This document shows positions 10,311-23,704 of a stretch of 64,000 nt of DNA, one piece after another. Every line of letters starts with the position of its first letter. The first letter of the stretch is position 1. The notes beneath the pieces are model-generated. The model was not told the DNA's origin and did not search any database. It saw only the letters and a list, made by a program, of their open reading frames with translations. The stretch covers positions 62,001-126,000 of the forward strand of contig LSRY02000031.1 of assembly GCA_001643675.2 (NCBI GenBank), read 5' to 3'. The DNA comes from Monocercomonoides exilis PA203 (lineage: Eukaryota > Protista > Preaxostyla). The position numbers and the translations under genes were made by a program.

Positions 10311-12344
10311 AAGTGATTTATAAACCCGAACTTTTTTTTTATTTTTGTTCGAAATAAAAAAAAATTTTTTTTCAAGCAATCATATTTTGATAACAAAAAT
10401 TGAAATGATTAATAATACATATAATCAACAAGTTCTCTCTTCATAATTTTTCTGGAATTTTTCTGCTTTGATTCATCATCCAAAATATCATCATTCAAAA
10501 TGTCTGATTTGCAAAATTTTCTTTTTTTGGGCTTTTCAGCTGCGAAAAGAATTTTTTCTTCTTTTTCATCATAATTATCTTTTCTTTTCTTATCTTCTTT
10601 CATTTTCTTTTCTTTTTTCCATTCTTCAAGAAATTTTTGTTCAGTTGTAATTTTTCCAAAAAAATCAAACCTGTGTGTTCTCTTTTTCAGTGTTACTGAA
10701 GGTTCCTTTGGAAGTGTTGATAGTACTGAATGCCACTCGTTTGAAAGCACGCCGCTTTTCTTGAACGAAGAAACAACAGTTGCAGGAAGTAATGCTGTCT
10801 GAAGAGCTTGTGGAAGAACGTTGGAGATGGCCTCACGTCGAGGAGAAATGGAAGAATCTGGAGGCACAGAGTATAGAGAGTTGATGCATTTCTTGAAGAC
10901 AGCAAACACACCACGATCAAGAGGTTGTGTGATGTGTGAACTGTGAGGAATAAAAGTGACGACGTCAATGTTGTTATTAGCAAATTTCTGCCATATGTCA
11001 GGTTGAACCCGAGAAGAGTGAGAATCCAAAAGCAGAAGACATCTCTCATTGGTTCTCATTAATATTTTCCTTCTTTCGATGATTCCAGTTAATAAAACCT
11101 CTTCTGCGTATCGTTGAAATATGCTTTCCGTCATCCATCCATCGTTGTTATCACAAACATCAATGAATGCGCTTAGAAGAACTCGCATTTCCTTTGGTAA
11201 TTTGTGGCATGGCCACAATACAACGCTTTTGAGAGAATATCCATCTGCAGCAGCTGCGACAACCAAAGTGGCATTTGGCATGTTTGTTGGTGTTGTATGA
11301 AATCCAGCTGGAACTCCTGTGGGGTGAATCACAAGAGTTTTGAAGGAATCCGATAAGCGGAGTGAAGATTCATCGGTGTTAAAGATTAAAGAAGGTGAAT
11401 AATGATGAGAATTGTGAAGATTCTGCAGAAGCTCGTAGAAAGGAAGAAGAGCTTGTTGATTGGATACTGAAAGACGTTGGATATCCACATTTCTGGGCAT
11501 GGACGCTTTGAGCTCAGAATTCCTTTTTGCAAATAGATATGGATTTGATTTGGACACACTGGTGTTTTCATCAACATCAGTTTCTGATCGTCTTTTTTTG
11601 TCGGAAAGGACGGATTCCATCTGAAAAATGTTTATTATCTAAAACGAAAGATAAATAAATGTGTTATCAAACTAATTCTCTTGTTCTCTTGGCATTAAAA
11701 CTTGTTCCGGATAAACTTTCGATTTTGATAACTCCAACAATAATGTTTTTGTCCTCTTCATTGAATAGTTCTGGCCTGCCAGGTTTTGCAACAGCTCTGC
11801 CACTCTCAACTGCTAAAACTGCTCTAATTATTGCTGAACAAGAGAACTCTTTGGTATTTATTGCATCAACGATTCTGACATGTCCATCAACAACAATACG
11901 TGCCATGCGTTCTAATCGATTTTCAATTCTTCGATATTCGAATGATATCATTTTTTCTCGAAGAATTAAATGTTCACGTTCTCTTTTGGTTTTCACAACA
12001 CTCATTGAAAAAATATTCTGGTAATGATCTTTTTTTATTTTTTTTAAAATAATTTTTTTTTGAAATGAAAAAAAATCAAAAAAAAAATTTTCCATCAAAT
12101 TCTAACTTTGTTCCGTTGCTATTACCTAATCTCCTCAGGGGAGGCACTAATCAAAGATGGAGGAGCTTATTCTCACATCTCCTCCCCATCAGAGAATAGG
12201 TGCAGTAATTTAATCCAGAATTTTAGTCATCGATTTTTCCTTATATACCGAAAACAATTAATAAAATATGAAAAGTGGGAAAAATCAACTTATTATTAAA
12301 AAAAAGTCAGGGTTTTTAAAAAAGCTCGGGTTAATAAATCACAC
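10311..12344 (-). mobile_element. pogo/Fot1-like (Tc1/mariner superfamily) DNA transposon
   Basis: ~27-bp imperfect TIRs (TA|AAGTGATTTATAAACCCGAACTTTTTT versus reverse complement TA|GTGTGATTTATTAACCCGAGCTTTTTT), TA on both sides, enclosing a DDE_1 transposase. Confidence 0.85.
10409..12005 (-). CDS. DDE_1 (pogo/Fot1, DD35D) transposase, 2 exons (12005-11673, 11620-10409), ~514 aa
   Basis: Motifs FNTDES, GWMT..IF, LLLLDSHSSR and SHITQPLDRGVF with 35 residues between the 2nd and 3rd Asp. N-terminal GRP motif. Phase-0 52-nt GT..AG intron at 11621-11672. Confidence 0.9.
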
Positions 12345-12361
12345 TATTTGAACCAAAATAT

Positions 12362-12538
12362 GGGGCAGAATTCTTGCATTTATGAAAAATTCAATGATTC
12401 GTTCCAAAAATTTACGGCAATTGAATAATTATAAATCTGACATTTCTTTGCAATATTAAACATAGAAATATCAAAAATCGAAAAAATCTTTGAAAGAACA
12501 GTGTGGAACAAAATTCATAAATCAAAATATTTTGTCCC
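12362..12538. mobile_element. Short MITE related to the AT|GGGG family
   Basis: ATAT|GGGGCAGAATT...AATATTTTGTCCC|ATAT termini, like 139-611. A fragment of its end recurs near 34219. Confidence 0.55.
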
Positions 12539-13009
12539 ATATATCTTTCAAAAAAAATATTTATAATGGAACGTAATTTTTTGATTTTTGAATTTTGTCC
12601 AAATGGATTAAACATGATAAGAATTTATGAAATGTACTTGAAATTGATTGATAAACTTTTTTGTTTAAAAAAGGCTTCTTTCGGATCATCGAAAGAACAA
12701 GAATAAATGGAAATAGCTAAGAAGACTAAAGTTTGAAACAATGCAAAAAATATTCATTTGTTATAAAAATGGAAAAGGCTCAATATGAAATATTTTCAAA
12801 GAGGAAATAGAGAATGTTCAAAAAAAAGAAAGAAAGAAAACACAAAAATCTTATTTTTTTGAATTATTTGGTAAACTGGAATTCAAACGAATGAAGACTC
12901 AAACATTCGGAGAAAAGTAATTGAAAATAATGACATTTTTCATATTCATTATTGTTAAATATAACAAAAAATTCCATTTGCGATGAACTGAAAAAGGAAC
13001 ATAAAAAAG

Positions 13010-16000
13010 GCGTTGTGAAAGTTATATTGCAGGTGAATGAAGAGTTGGTGATCAAATCAACCAATGCGTCATCTTGCTAACTTTCATTAAGCAATGGAAA
13101 AGGAGGGTTTCTGTGTTTGGGTTGTCAAAATTGTTTGAATGAAATACAATTTCTCTTTGATGTTGGTGTGACTTTTGAGAACAACAAAGCAGATATTGGA
13201 TAGAACATGCTCATTTTGGGAAAGGATTTTAATTCATCTGTGACAAATGAGTCATTTGCCTTCGATTATTCATCAATGATAAATGATGACAATTTGTTTG
13301 TAGGAAGTGATAACTTTCATTCAAATAAGGATTTGTTTATGTTCCTTATTCCATACAGCTCATTTGAGATATTTATCTCATTCAAAGGATTTGACGTTGC
13401 AAGACGTGGAAGTGAGGAAGAGCCTTGTTTCACAATGTGGAAAGGGATGAAAAACATGAAAAAGGAGAATAAAAAAAAAACAATTCAGATTGAAGGATCA
13501 ACTATTATTCGAGATTCATTCAACATGTCCAATTATCAGATCAAAAAGGGAGTAAAGATGGGAGAAGAAGATACAAAAGCGATATTGAATTTTGAAAAGG
13601 CAATTGGAAATCAACTGGAATATTTTATGGAAAATGATATTCATCTTGAATTGACGAATATCCAACTCCAACTGACAAATGAATTTGACAACTCAGCCAA
13701 AACAATTATTTCAAACAAAGGAGGAGATTTAGTGATATGCGAATGTTCATTCCATTCAGAAGCAAGAGCGAACAATGAATTTGATTGTGTGTTTGTGGAT
13801 GCGATTGGAGGCAGTGTGGAAGTGAATGAGTTGTCGATTGAATCATGCAATGTTGGAAATAGCATTTTTGCAATTAACAGTGCTGGAATAACTTGCCATT
13901 TTGTGAATGTTCGAGTGGAATCGTTGAATGAAAGTGGAGGATGTCTTCTTCTGATCAAAGGATCTGAATTAGCAACAAAGATGAATAAAGAAGGAATAAA
14001 TATTGAGATTGATAATTCATCATTTTCAGGAGTGAAGAGAAGTGATAATTGTGCAAGTGTTTTTGAATTGAAGAGTGAGAAAAAGATTTGTTTGATTGTG
14101 AATGAGGACGACATCACAGAAGACAAAGCAGAAACAAGTGAAAAAGGAGGAGCAATATTCTTCATATTGGGAATGTCTGGATCAATGAAGATGATTGACT
14201 CAATAATCACTAATTGCAACTGCAACTGCAACACAGGAAGGAGGAGGGGTGTATTTGGCAACAGATGAAAGAGGAGAATTGAATTTTTCATTTGTGGGGA
14301 TGAATTTCAGTGACAACTGTTCAAGTGTTGGAAATGATATTTTCATTGAATGTTTCAACATCACATCTCAAATCAATGAAAAACAATTCCAGTTTGATCT
14401 TCGAGAAGGTCATTATTCACGAATAAATGCGATATATGGAAGAGATGAATGCGATTATCCGAATGATACAGATCTGATTGAGTTTATCACCATTCATCAG
14501 AGCGACACAATTGTTGTGAGAAGTGTGGATGGATCGAATGACAAACAGTGTGGAACAAACTCACTTCCATGAAATTCTATTAATTATGAACTGATTCATC
14601 TGACTTTGGATTTCTTGAGCCAAATGTTCATTGTGGATGAAAACATGTTTAGCAGAGAGATTGATCCAAAGGAAATGAGTTTGAGCTCGAAGAATAGAGA
14701 CTTGTGCAACGTTGAAGTGAAAACAGATATTGAAAGCACAGGGGAAGCTTTGATAACATAAGTGGAACAGTTTCATTTGAGAGAGTGAACTTTGTATTTG
14801 ATTTGAATCACATTTTTTCACATGAATCACTGATATCTCCAGAGGGAGGAATTCTTGAAGTGATGAATTGCTCTTTTTCATCAAAGCAATTAATAGAAGA
14901 TGGAAATGAAGGTTTTGCGAGCATTCCATTTAACATTTTTAATATTGAAAAAGGAGAATTACAACTTATGGAATGCAAAGTGAAATATCAAATACTTCGT
15001 GAATCAGCGTTATATCTTTCATCTTCTCTTCCATCAGTAATTGATTCATTAACAATTTGCAATTCAACAATTAAAACTTCTTTGATAGATATTTATGAAT
15101 GTGGTCAAATAACAATTAAGGATTTCAATACAGAAAACATCACAGTTGAAGGAAATGAAGAATCATTGATATGTTACCTGTCAATGAAAAAGACGATGCA
15201 ATTGACAAATTGCACAATAAGTGGAATCTGTTCAAAAACCACAAAAGGAAAATTGATGAAAGTGGAGGATTGTTTGAATGTGAAAATGGACAGTTGCATT
15301 TTGGATGGAAGTTCAAAGGAAAGAAATGGGCAGTTTTTCAATGAGGGAAAAGAGATGTGCAGATGGTCAGGATCTCTTGTGGATGTTGTGAAAAGTTCGA
15401 TTTTTTATGAAAGATACAACAATCTCGAAATCACCAGAAGGTGGAATAACAATGAGTGGAGGAAATATGATAATTGAAGCAGGGAATATCTCAAATAATA
15501 ATCCATCAATTGAAGGATATCCATCATTGAGAAGAAACATCATCTGTTCAGATTCAGGAACATTGAATGTGATGAGTTTGAAAGGAGGAGATGGATTGAA
15601 GGAAAATTCTTCTCTTTGGATGCTGAATGATGGGTGCAGTTTTGAAGGGATTGTTTTTGAAAGAGCATCTCTATTTTTCATTCCAGTTTTGGTTGTGAAA
15701 CAGATTGGAGATAAAAGCAGATTGAAAAATATGTGTTCGATGAGAGTGGATATGTGTCAGAGACAGAGGCAGAAAGGAGAGTGCCAAAAGAGATGATAAC
15801 AGAAGCAGGAGAAGGGGTGGAAGTGAGTGTGTGCATTCAGTTTGGAGATGGCAATAATCCATCATCAACTGATTCTTTCATTCTGAAGAATACAAGCGAA
15901 GCAAAGGTGAATGGAGATGACAGAATTGCTGAAGGTGGAAAAGAAGGGAAATCTTATTGGTTGTTGATTGTGATTGCGATATTTGCTGTATTGTTTTTGG

Positions 16001-16491
16001 TTGTTCTAATTGTCTCCATCATATTCATTGTTCGATGGAGAAGGGCAAAAGAAGAAGCAAAAGATCTGAGAGAGATTGTGAATGATAACATCAGAAAGGA
16101 TCCGAAGCTGATTGAGATGGTGACGATGGAGATGTCACCTGAGGAGCAGTGGAGGAGAGCAGAGAGGGAGGCAGAGAAGAAGAATGAAGAGAGGATGAAG
16201 AAGAGAGTGTATGAGAAAACCTTGGGACATTCCGAGTCTTCAGAGCATCTTCTCTCTGAGAGTGGGTCAACTGAATACATTCTTGGAAGAGATTCAGACA
16301 AGATTCCTGATTGGGCTCTTGAGAAAGTTGAGGAAGAAGAAATTCAAAAGAGATCACCATCACCATCCATTTCATCCACTTCAACAACTGACTCAGATTC
16401 AACTTTTGTTCGGAGAGAGGATTTGTGCCCGACCGCCTCATCGATGTTGAATCTGGTGGGTGCAATGGCCTGTTCATCTTTTCATGATTAA
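13010..16491 (+). pseudogene. Large single-pass surface/receptor protein family member, frameshifted and 5'-truncated
   Basis: Overlapping ORFs 13207-14268, 14249-14572, 14785-15477, 15407-15796 and 15733-16491 with KGGAIF, CGTNSLP and YPSLRRNIICS. TM helix WLLIVIAIF..IVRWRR, then cytosolic EMSPEEQWRRAEREAE. Confidence 0.85.
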
Positions 16492-17403
16492 AAAAATGAT
16501 TCTGTTGATAAAACAAAATAATAATTGGTAAATATCAATCACGAATGTCAACTTTTTATTTTCCACTTACGAATCGTGATATAATCAATATTTCTAACCC
16601 AACCAGAATTGTGAAGTGAAGTGGCATATTGTTTTTGAAGAGAATAACAATGAAATTTTAAAAATGATTATGAAGTGGTTAATGAACAATAAAAACACTG
16701 TATTTTCTTTCGAGAGCATTTCAAAATGTTTTTGCAAATATCAATAAATCAATAATAAATAAGTGGTTCCTTTTTTTATATTTTTAATTGTTATTTTTGG
16801 ATTCAAAAAACCATACATTTGTGAAAAATGATTAAGTTTCTTAAAAACCTTTAAATAATTAATAAGATATTAATGTTTATATCTCATCAAATAACTCCAT
16901 ATTCCAACATTCAAGCACTCCTTTTTAATGATCATTTTGAAATTAACGCATGTGTTTTGCTGGAAAAAGATAAAGCCAATAAATCAAAAAATTAGCTCAT
17001 GAGTACAAAAGCAATTATCAATCCAAAACTTTTGACAGAAATCTTGAACAATATCAATGGATAATGGAATGCGTCTCAGGAACTGTTTTGAATGAATATG
17101 CATGGGCTAATAAAGTTGAGCCATCATCGAAGGAGCTTTTTGCTTCATGCAGATCAAAGGATCAAACATGAAATGCGGCTGAAGTTTTCATTCAAAAAGC
17201 ATGGGAATTAAAGGCGATCCCATTGGTGAGGATGTTGAAGAGTTGTTCGTAAAATGGTTGATGAAATTCTGTTGTTGTACCAAAGTTGCAAAAAAGGAGA
17301 AAACGAACAGGAAAATGAAGAGGAAAATGAAAAAGCAGTTGAAAAAGAGAAAAAATAGAAATGAGTGATTTTTGAGCTACAAAATTCAAAACATTCCATT
17401 CCC

Positions 17404-18830
17404 TTAAACGTTCACAAGATAATCAGAAATATCTAATGAAATTGAATAATATCCTTTTTCATAAAGAAAATTGAATCTTTTATGAAGGCTTGTGATGGTA
17501 TCTTCGTATCCTACTTCTTCCATCTTTTCAAATATCTTTTTTTCGTTTCCTTTCTTTCCTCTTCTTCCTTTTCATCTTTATTCATTTGTTTCAATCGATT
17601 TGAAACGTACGTAAAAAAATGTAAGCAATCAAATGTTGTTGCTTCGTCCAACGTCTGTTGCTGCATTTCCTCCAAAATAGCATCAACTGCACCTCCTTTC
17701 AATAAATCTTCAATTCTCACGCATCCGTTTCCCGACATTTGAATAAATATGAAAATGCACCACTTGTTTATTTCTCTGAATTTCTCCTTCGCTGCTCGAT
17801 ATATCTGAACAATGCTGCTTAAAAGCCCAATAAATTCTTCATTCCACAATTCGCATGAGTGAAAAAAGAACTTTATTGTTTTGAGCCACCTCATTAACCT
17901 AAACACTTTTTCCTTTTCTTTTTCTTTCTCCTCGTCTTTTCTCTTCCATTCAATGCATGCAGCCAATTCTTTCAACCCTCTTCTTGCTTCTCTCACGAAA
18001 TGGAGTTCATTCTCAATCACATCTTCCAACATTTTCTCTTTGGAAAATCTTATTATTAAAAACTCCCAAGCAGATTGATAACCAATACGCGTCAGGTTAT
18101 GATGCTCCTGATGATGCTGGATAATAGATTTTATCTCAATCAAATATTGTTCTTTATTAACTTTCTGTTCAAAAGCAAAAAAGAAACAATAAATGAAGCA
18201 AAAACAATTCAAAAAATACATTTTTCAATAAATCACACATTCCACTGCCAAATGTGACCCAACGCCAGTAAAGCCATTTCCACTTCTTTTTGAATCTCCT
18301 CATTTTCCATTTTGTTCAAGGCAACCTTCAGAAGGCAAGAAACACAAATTGAAAGTATTTCAGATGAGAAATCAATGCTTAGAAAAATATAGCATTCACA
18401 AAGATTGTCAAAAAGATTTTCGTTTCTTTTCTCTTTATTCTTCTGTTCTTCCTCAATCATCTTCTCAATTCTTTTGATCAATGCAGAATGACCAAAGCTG
18501 AAAATATGAATTCCTTTTAGCACGTTGCAAAATCCAACATTCTTCAATGTAAAAATAGCATTTCTTATTGATATATTCTTTTCTTCAATCATTTTATCCA
18601 GTTCATTGAAAAAGTCTATTGAAAAAATTGATTCAAATTCATCTTTATTCATAACATCCACTTGTTCATTCATTTCAAGGATTTTCTGTTTCTGGTCAAT
18701 TTCAGTGCAATGCTCCAGCTCTTGAAAGAATTCTTTTAGAAAAAAGTCAAAAAAACGTGAACTTCACCACTTTTGTCTCAGAAATGAAAATTTGCAAACT
18801 CAAAAGCTTCTCCAAAAACGAAAACTCCAT
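17404..18830 (-). pseudogene. Helical ~440-aa hypothetical family member (copy A), frameshifted
   Basis: Family motifs LKNVGFC, CLLKVAL..EEIQKEVEMALLAL, HHNLTR..YQSAW and NELHFVREA. Frameshift near 17530. Ends ISDYLVNV*. Confidence 0.75.
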
Positions 18831-19469
18831 TTTCCAGTAATTTGTTGACGCATTTTTGTTCGTTTTCATTCTGAAAATTGATACGTTTTTGAAGTTTGCG
18901 ATAGTTAATAAATCGAATTAAATTGCAAAATGGTAACATATTTTTGGACATTTCAAAGGTAACATTCTTTAAAAATTAAAAGTCATACCATAAAATGCAA
19001 ATAAACTTCTGAACTGGGTGGAATTAGCCAGGAAGGATTTTTTTGTTGATAATGAATCAAACAAGTAGTTATTCAATATGGGAAGTCGATCAAAGATAAT
19101 TAATTCAAAAAAATCTTTGAACATGAAAACATATTTTTTATTGTTGTTGAAAAAATAAAACTGTTGTTGGTTTTAATTCAAAGTTTATTCCATTGCTTAG
19201 ACCTTTGTGAAAGACCTACATTATAAGTTCACTCGACAAGTCAATAGACAAAACAGTAATCATGTTATTAATCATTATTGTGAAATCAAAAAAGAAAAAT
19301 GAAAGAAATGCATTAAATAAATAAACATAAACAACTCCATTACAAATTAATAGCGTTGAATTACAAAAATGATAGCTAAAAAAATTATAAAAACCCAGAA
19401 TTGTATTTGATGTTGAAATTATCTAATGGATGCATCTGGCAATGCTTATCAAATATTATTAAAAACATT

Positions 19470-22400
19470 TCAAGATTTTAATGCAATTGCTCTCAATTGT
19501 TCTACATAGGCATCACCCGCTGCTTTTGCCAAAGACAAGAATTTGGAGTTTTCTCTGAACAACAGCTCCTGAATAAACAGACAAATAAATAAATGAAAAA
19601 TTGTTTTTGTTAGAAAATAAAAAAGAAAAATATGAGAAGAAATAACAAGTGTAAAATACTCACAAAAATTGTGAAAAAAATCCAGCAAATATTTCAATTT
19701 CTCATTCAAAATTCAATCAATTGTACAAACCTTTGGTGCTCCACTCTCAACAAGCTTTCCGCTATCCATCACAAACACCAAGTCAGAGTCAGCAACAGTC
19801 GATAGCCTGTGTGCAATGGTGATGACAGTGCATTCACTGAAGCACTGCCTTGTCACCTGCTGGATCCTTTCGTCTGTCTCAAAGTCCACACTTGCTGTTG
19901 CCTCGTCCATCAGAATGATCCGCGAGCGCCTCAAAAGTGCCCGTGCCAAGCAAAGAAGCTGCCTCTGCCCCACCGAAAAGTTCTGCCCTTCGCTTGCCAC
20001 GTCTGCCCCAAGCTGCTCCTTCATCTGCTGCACCACCTCCCACAGCCCCACCTGTCCCAGTGCTCCCCACACCTCCTCCTCGCTGTGCTCTCCAAACGGA
20101 TCCAGATTGTACCGGATACTCCCACTCAGAAGTATGGGCTCCTGCGCTGTCACTGCCACTGCACCCCGAAGTTCTTTGAGGCCCAGCTGTGTGTGGATGT
20201 CTCGTCCATCAATCAGAATGGCACAGCCTTTCTTCTGCCACTCCGCCTCCACAATTCGAAGCAGCGCTAGCAGAAGACTCGACTTTCCCGATCCTGTCCT
20301 CCCCACAACGCCTACTTTGGCACCACCAGGAATCACAAACGAGACATCGTCCAGAGCCAATGGAAGATTCGGACGATATCTCAAGTCAACATGAGTGAAC
20401 TCAATTCTGCCTGCTGATGGCCAATTTGACAGCAGATGCGACAAAGAAGATGAAATTGAAGAAGAGGAAGAAGCAGAAGAAGAAACATTTGAAAATTTCA
20501 TTTCATTTCCATCCACAGATTTCTCTTCTTTTAATTAGCTGCATTTAATCATCTTGCTCTTTTCATTAACATCCTCTGGAACATTTATAGTACACTCTCC
20601 CTCTTGCTCCACATCACACAATTCTCTTATCCGCCCGATCTTCCCAACAACAAAGTACAACGACAAAAGCTGGCTGTACAAGTTCCTCCCTGCCGAAACA
20701 GCAGAATGTGACATCTGCAGCGCCATCGGTAGAAAATACGTGTTTCTCCCCGCAGCTTTCAAGACAATCGCTGTCAGATAAGTAAGCAGTTCAAGCGCAT
20801 CATAACACCAACTGCTGATGTTTACAACCAGCGCACGCACACTTTCCCTGTAAAACTCCACATCGCACTGACTTCTGCACAGCTCCCTCTGCCTCTCCTC
20901 CACCGCCTCCTGCACTCCAAACGCCCTGATCGTTGCCGCCCCTTCTACACACTGCTTGAAGAAGCGCCCTGATTCGCTTCAAGCAGCAACCAACGAACGG
21001 TCAATGCGGTACTTGGCAATGGACGTTGAATGGCTGATCAGTACCATCGCACTTGTTGCCAGCACAACATGCAGCAGAAGCAACTCCGGCATCGCTGAGG
21101 GGATTGCCACCATGGCCAAGGGCTGCTTCGCGAGGGAGGAGGCAGTGGCATTAAAGGAGTGGAGCACGCTGTAGCTGATGGAGTTCACTGCATTCAGCCT
21201 TCTGTACAACATGCTGGCGGGTGTGGTGTCGAAGAAGCGCATCTGTGCATGGAAGAGCTTTGTGTACATGTCTGTTTTGATGGCATGCGCAGACTGCTGC
21301 TGAAAGTGGTTGCTCAGCAGACGCACAGGAATCTTGCTGAACGAAAAGAAGAGACTCGCGGCAAAGAAGATGAAGAACAAGAAGCCTGAAGAAAGAATGA
21401 AACAACTCAGAAAGGAAAACAAAAACTTTTGCTTCTTTTGCTTTTTTATGCTTTTTGTGTTTGAAGGTGTTTTTCTGAGGTAAATGTTTGGATGCTTTAT
21501 CTTTGGAATTGATATTATTTTTGGAACTAATTTCTTGAGATGGTGATGATGATGATGATGATAGAAAAGGAATGTTATTTGCATATTCAATCTTCTTTTC
21601 ACAATTGTTTTCAAAATTATCACCCAATGTTTCTCTTTCTCTTTCTCCTCCCTTCTTCTCTTCTTCCTCTTCTCCTCCTCCTTCCTTCTCCTCCTTCACT
21701 ATCACCCCCATCTCCTTCACAATCCCCTTAAACTCCTCCGCCCTGCCAATCTTTCTGATACTTCCATCTTCCTCCATTGCGATGACTGTGTCAAAATAAG
21801 GCAGATATTTCGTGTGGTGTGTTGCCAACAAGACAGTCTTCCCTTTCAGCAGCTGGCTGATGCATTTGATGACCAGTGCTTGTCCCACATGAGCATCGAC
21901 ACTCGCCAAAATGTCATCCAACAGAAACACCTCAGCCGATGAACAGGCTGCCCTCGCCAGAGCTATCCTCACACGCTGCCCGCCTGACAGGTTGTATCCT
22001 CTTTCGCCCACTTCTGCTTCATCTCCGCCTGAAAGAATAGACAAATCTTGTTCCAGGCAACATTCTTGAATGACAATGGAGCGGTGACTGGGACGAAGGG
22101 AGTGTTGAAGAGGTTGTTGGATTTGATGGTGTCGTTGAAGATGAAGGGAATCTGGGTTGAAAATGACGGATATAAGAACAAACGATGAATATTATAAGGA
22201 GAAATAAAAAAAAATCAGTTCAGTAAAAGAATTGATGTTCAAAATGTTTATCATTAATTAAGAAATAAATAAAATAAAAAATAATAATAAATCATTCATT
22301 TTCATTTTTATTCATCTTTAATTACACACCTGAGGCACATAAGCCACCTTTCCCTTCAAAAATCCCTTCCCTTCCAAACAGATAGTCTCTCCCAGAATTG

Positions 22401-23650
22401 ATGCAAGCAGCGCTGTCTTGCCACAGCCAACAGGGCCGAAGATGAGAGTGTGTGAATGTCTCGGGAGGGAGAAGGAGATGTTGCGAAGGATGGGAAGAGG
22501 AGAAGGCAGAGGAGGAGGAAGAGGGTTAACGTAGGAGGAGACATCGAGACCATACAGCCAGATGAAGTTGGAGTGGAATGTGTGGAGGAAGGAGGAGAGA
22601 CGAGATGAAGAGGAAGATGATGATGATGTTGTTGTTGTTGTTGAAACTAAAACAGATGATTATGATGATGATTGTGATTTATCTTTCTCTTCTTTCTCTT
22701 CTTTCTCTTCTTTTCCATCTTTTCCATTTTTCTCATCTTTCTCTTTCTTCTCCTTGCTCTCATTCTCTCGGAGTGCTGGCATTTTGAATCGTCTTTTGCT
22801 TCCTCTTGTGAATTTTTTGCTCTTTTTGTTGGTAACTTCAAAGCGACTCCACGCAAATGATGCATTTGTCAGGCTAATCACAATGTCAGTATCATTGTTA
22901 TCATTATTCTCTTCTTTATCTCCTTTTTCTTCTTTATCTTTTACTTCTTCTCTTCCTTTTTTCATTCTTTCTTTCTCTTCTTTTCCTTTGCCTCTTCCGT
23001 TTTCTTTCTTTTCTACATTTTCTTTCATCTTTCTTTGATACGCCTCACTTCCTCCATCATCGTCATCACTTTTGGAATCTTCTTTGCTTGAGAGTGAAAT
23101 AGAACTTTTATCTTCTTTTTCCAAATTCATAGACAAATCATCAATATCTTCTTTCTCTTTCTCTTTCTCTTTCTCTTCTTCCTTTTTGTTCTTTCTTCTT
23201 TCTTCCTTTCCTTCATTTCCGTTATTTTCATCATTGCCTTCTCCCTTTTTATCATCCTTTCCATTTCCTCCCTTCTCACCTTCAACACTCTTTCCAAACT
23301 TCTTGATAACTCTTCTAACTTCTTTGACCTCCTCCCTCTCTTCCTTCTCTTCTCCATCTTCTTCTCTTTCCCCTCTTCTCTCTCTTTCTCCTCGTATCTA
23401 TCAGGCGACTCATCTGCCTGCAGCAGCATCTCCATTCTCTCAATGTCTGCCTTGTCCAGCCGGATGCTGTTCAGCATCGACGGAATGCCATTCAGCGATG
23501 TTCTGAGTGACTCGACTATTCTGATGGAAGGAAACAGCGCAGACGCCTTCAGAGGTAGATGCTGCCAGAAACGCAGACCAACGAGCACGATGAGGGTGAG
23601 TGTCTTCACAAGCGACTGGAGGATGTCCCCGATGGTGTTGAAGAGGACCT

Positions 23651-23704
<54 letters not shown>

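Noticed and set aside
6356-12344. Foldback element as the non-autonomous partner of the adjacent pogo
   Set aside because: Both have TA TSDs but the terminal sequences are unrelated.
16990-17260. Possible protein kinase remnant (QWIMECVSGTVL)
   Set aside because: Only a hinge-like resemblance; no HRD or DFG motif was found.
22562-23506. Separate K/E-rich or S/F-rich proteins
   Set aside because: Low-complexity linker within the ABCC gene and its antisense reading.
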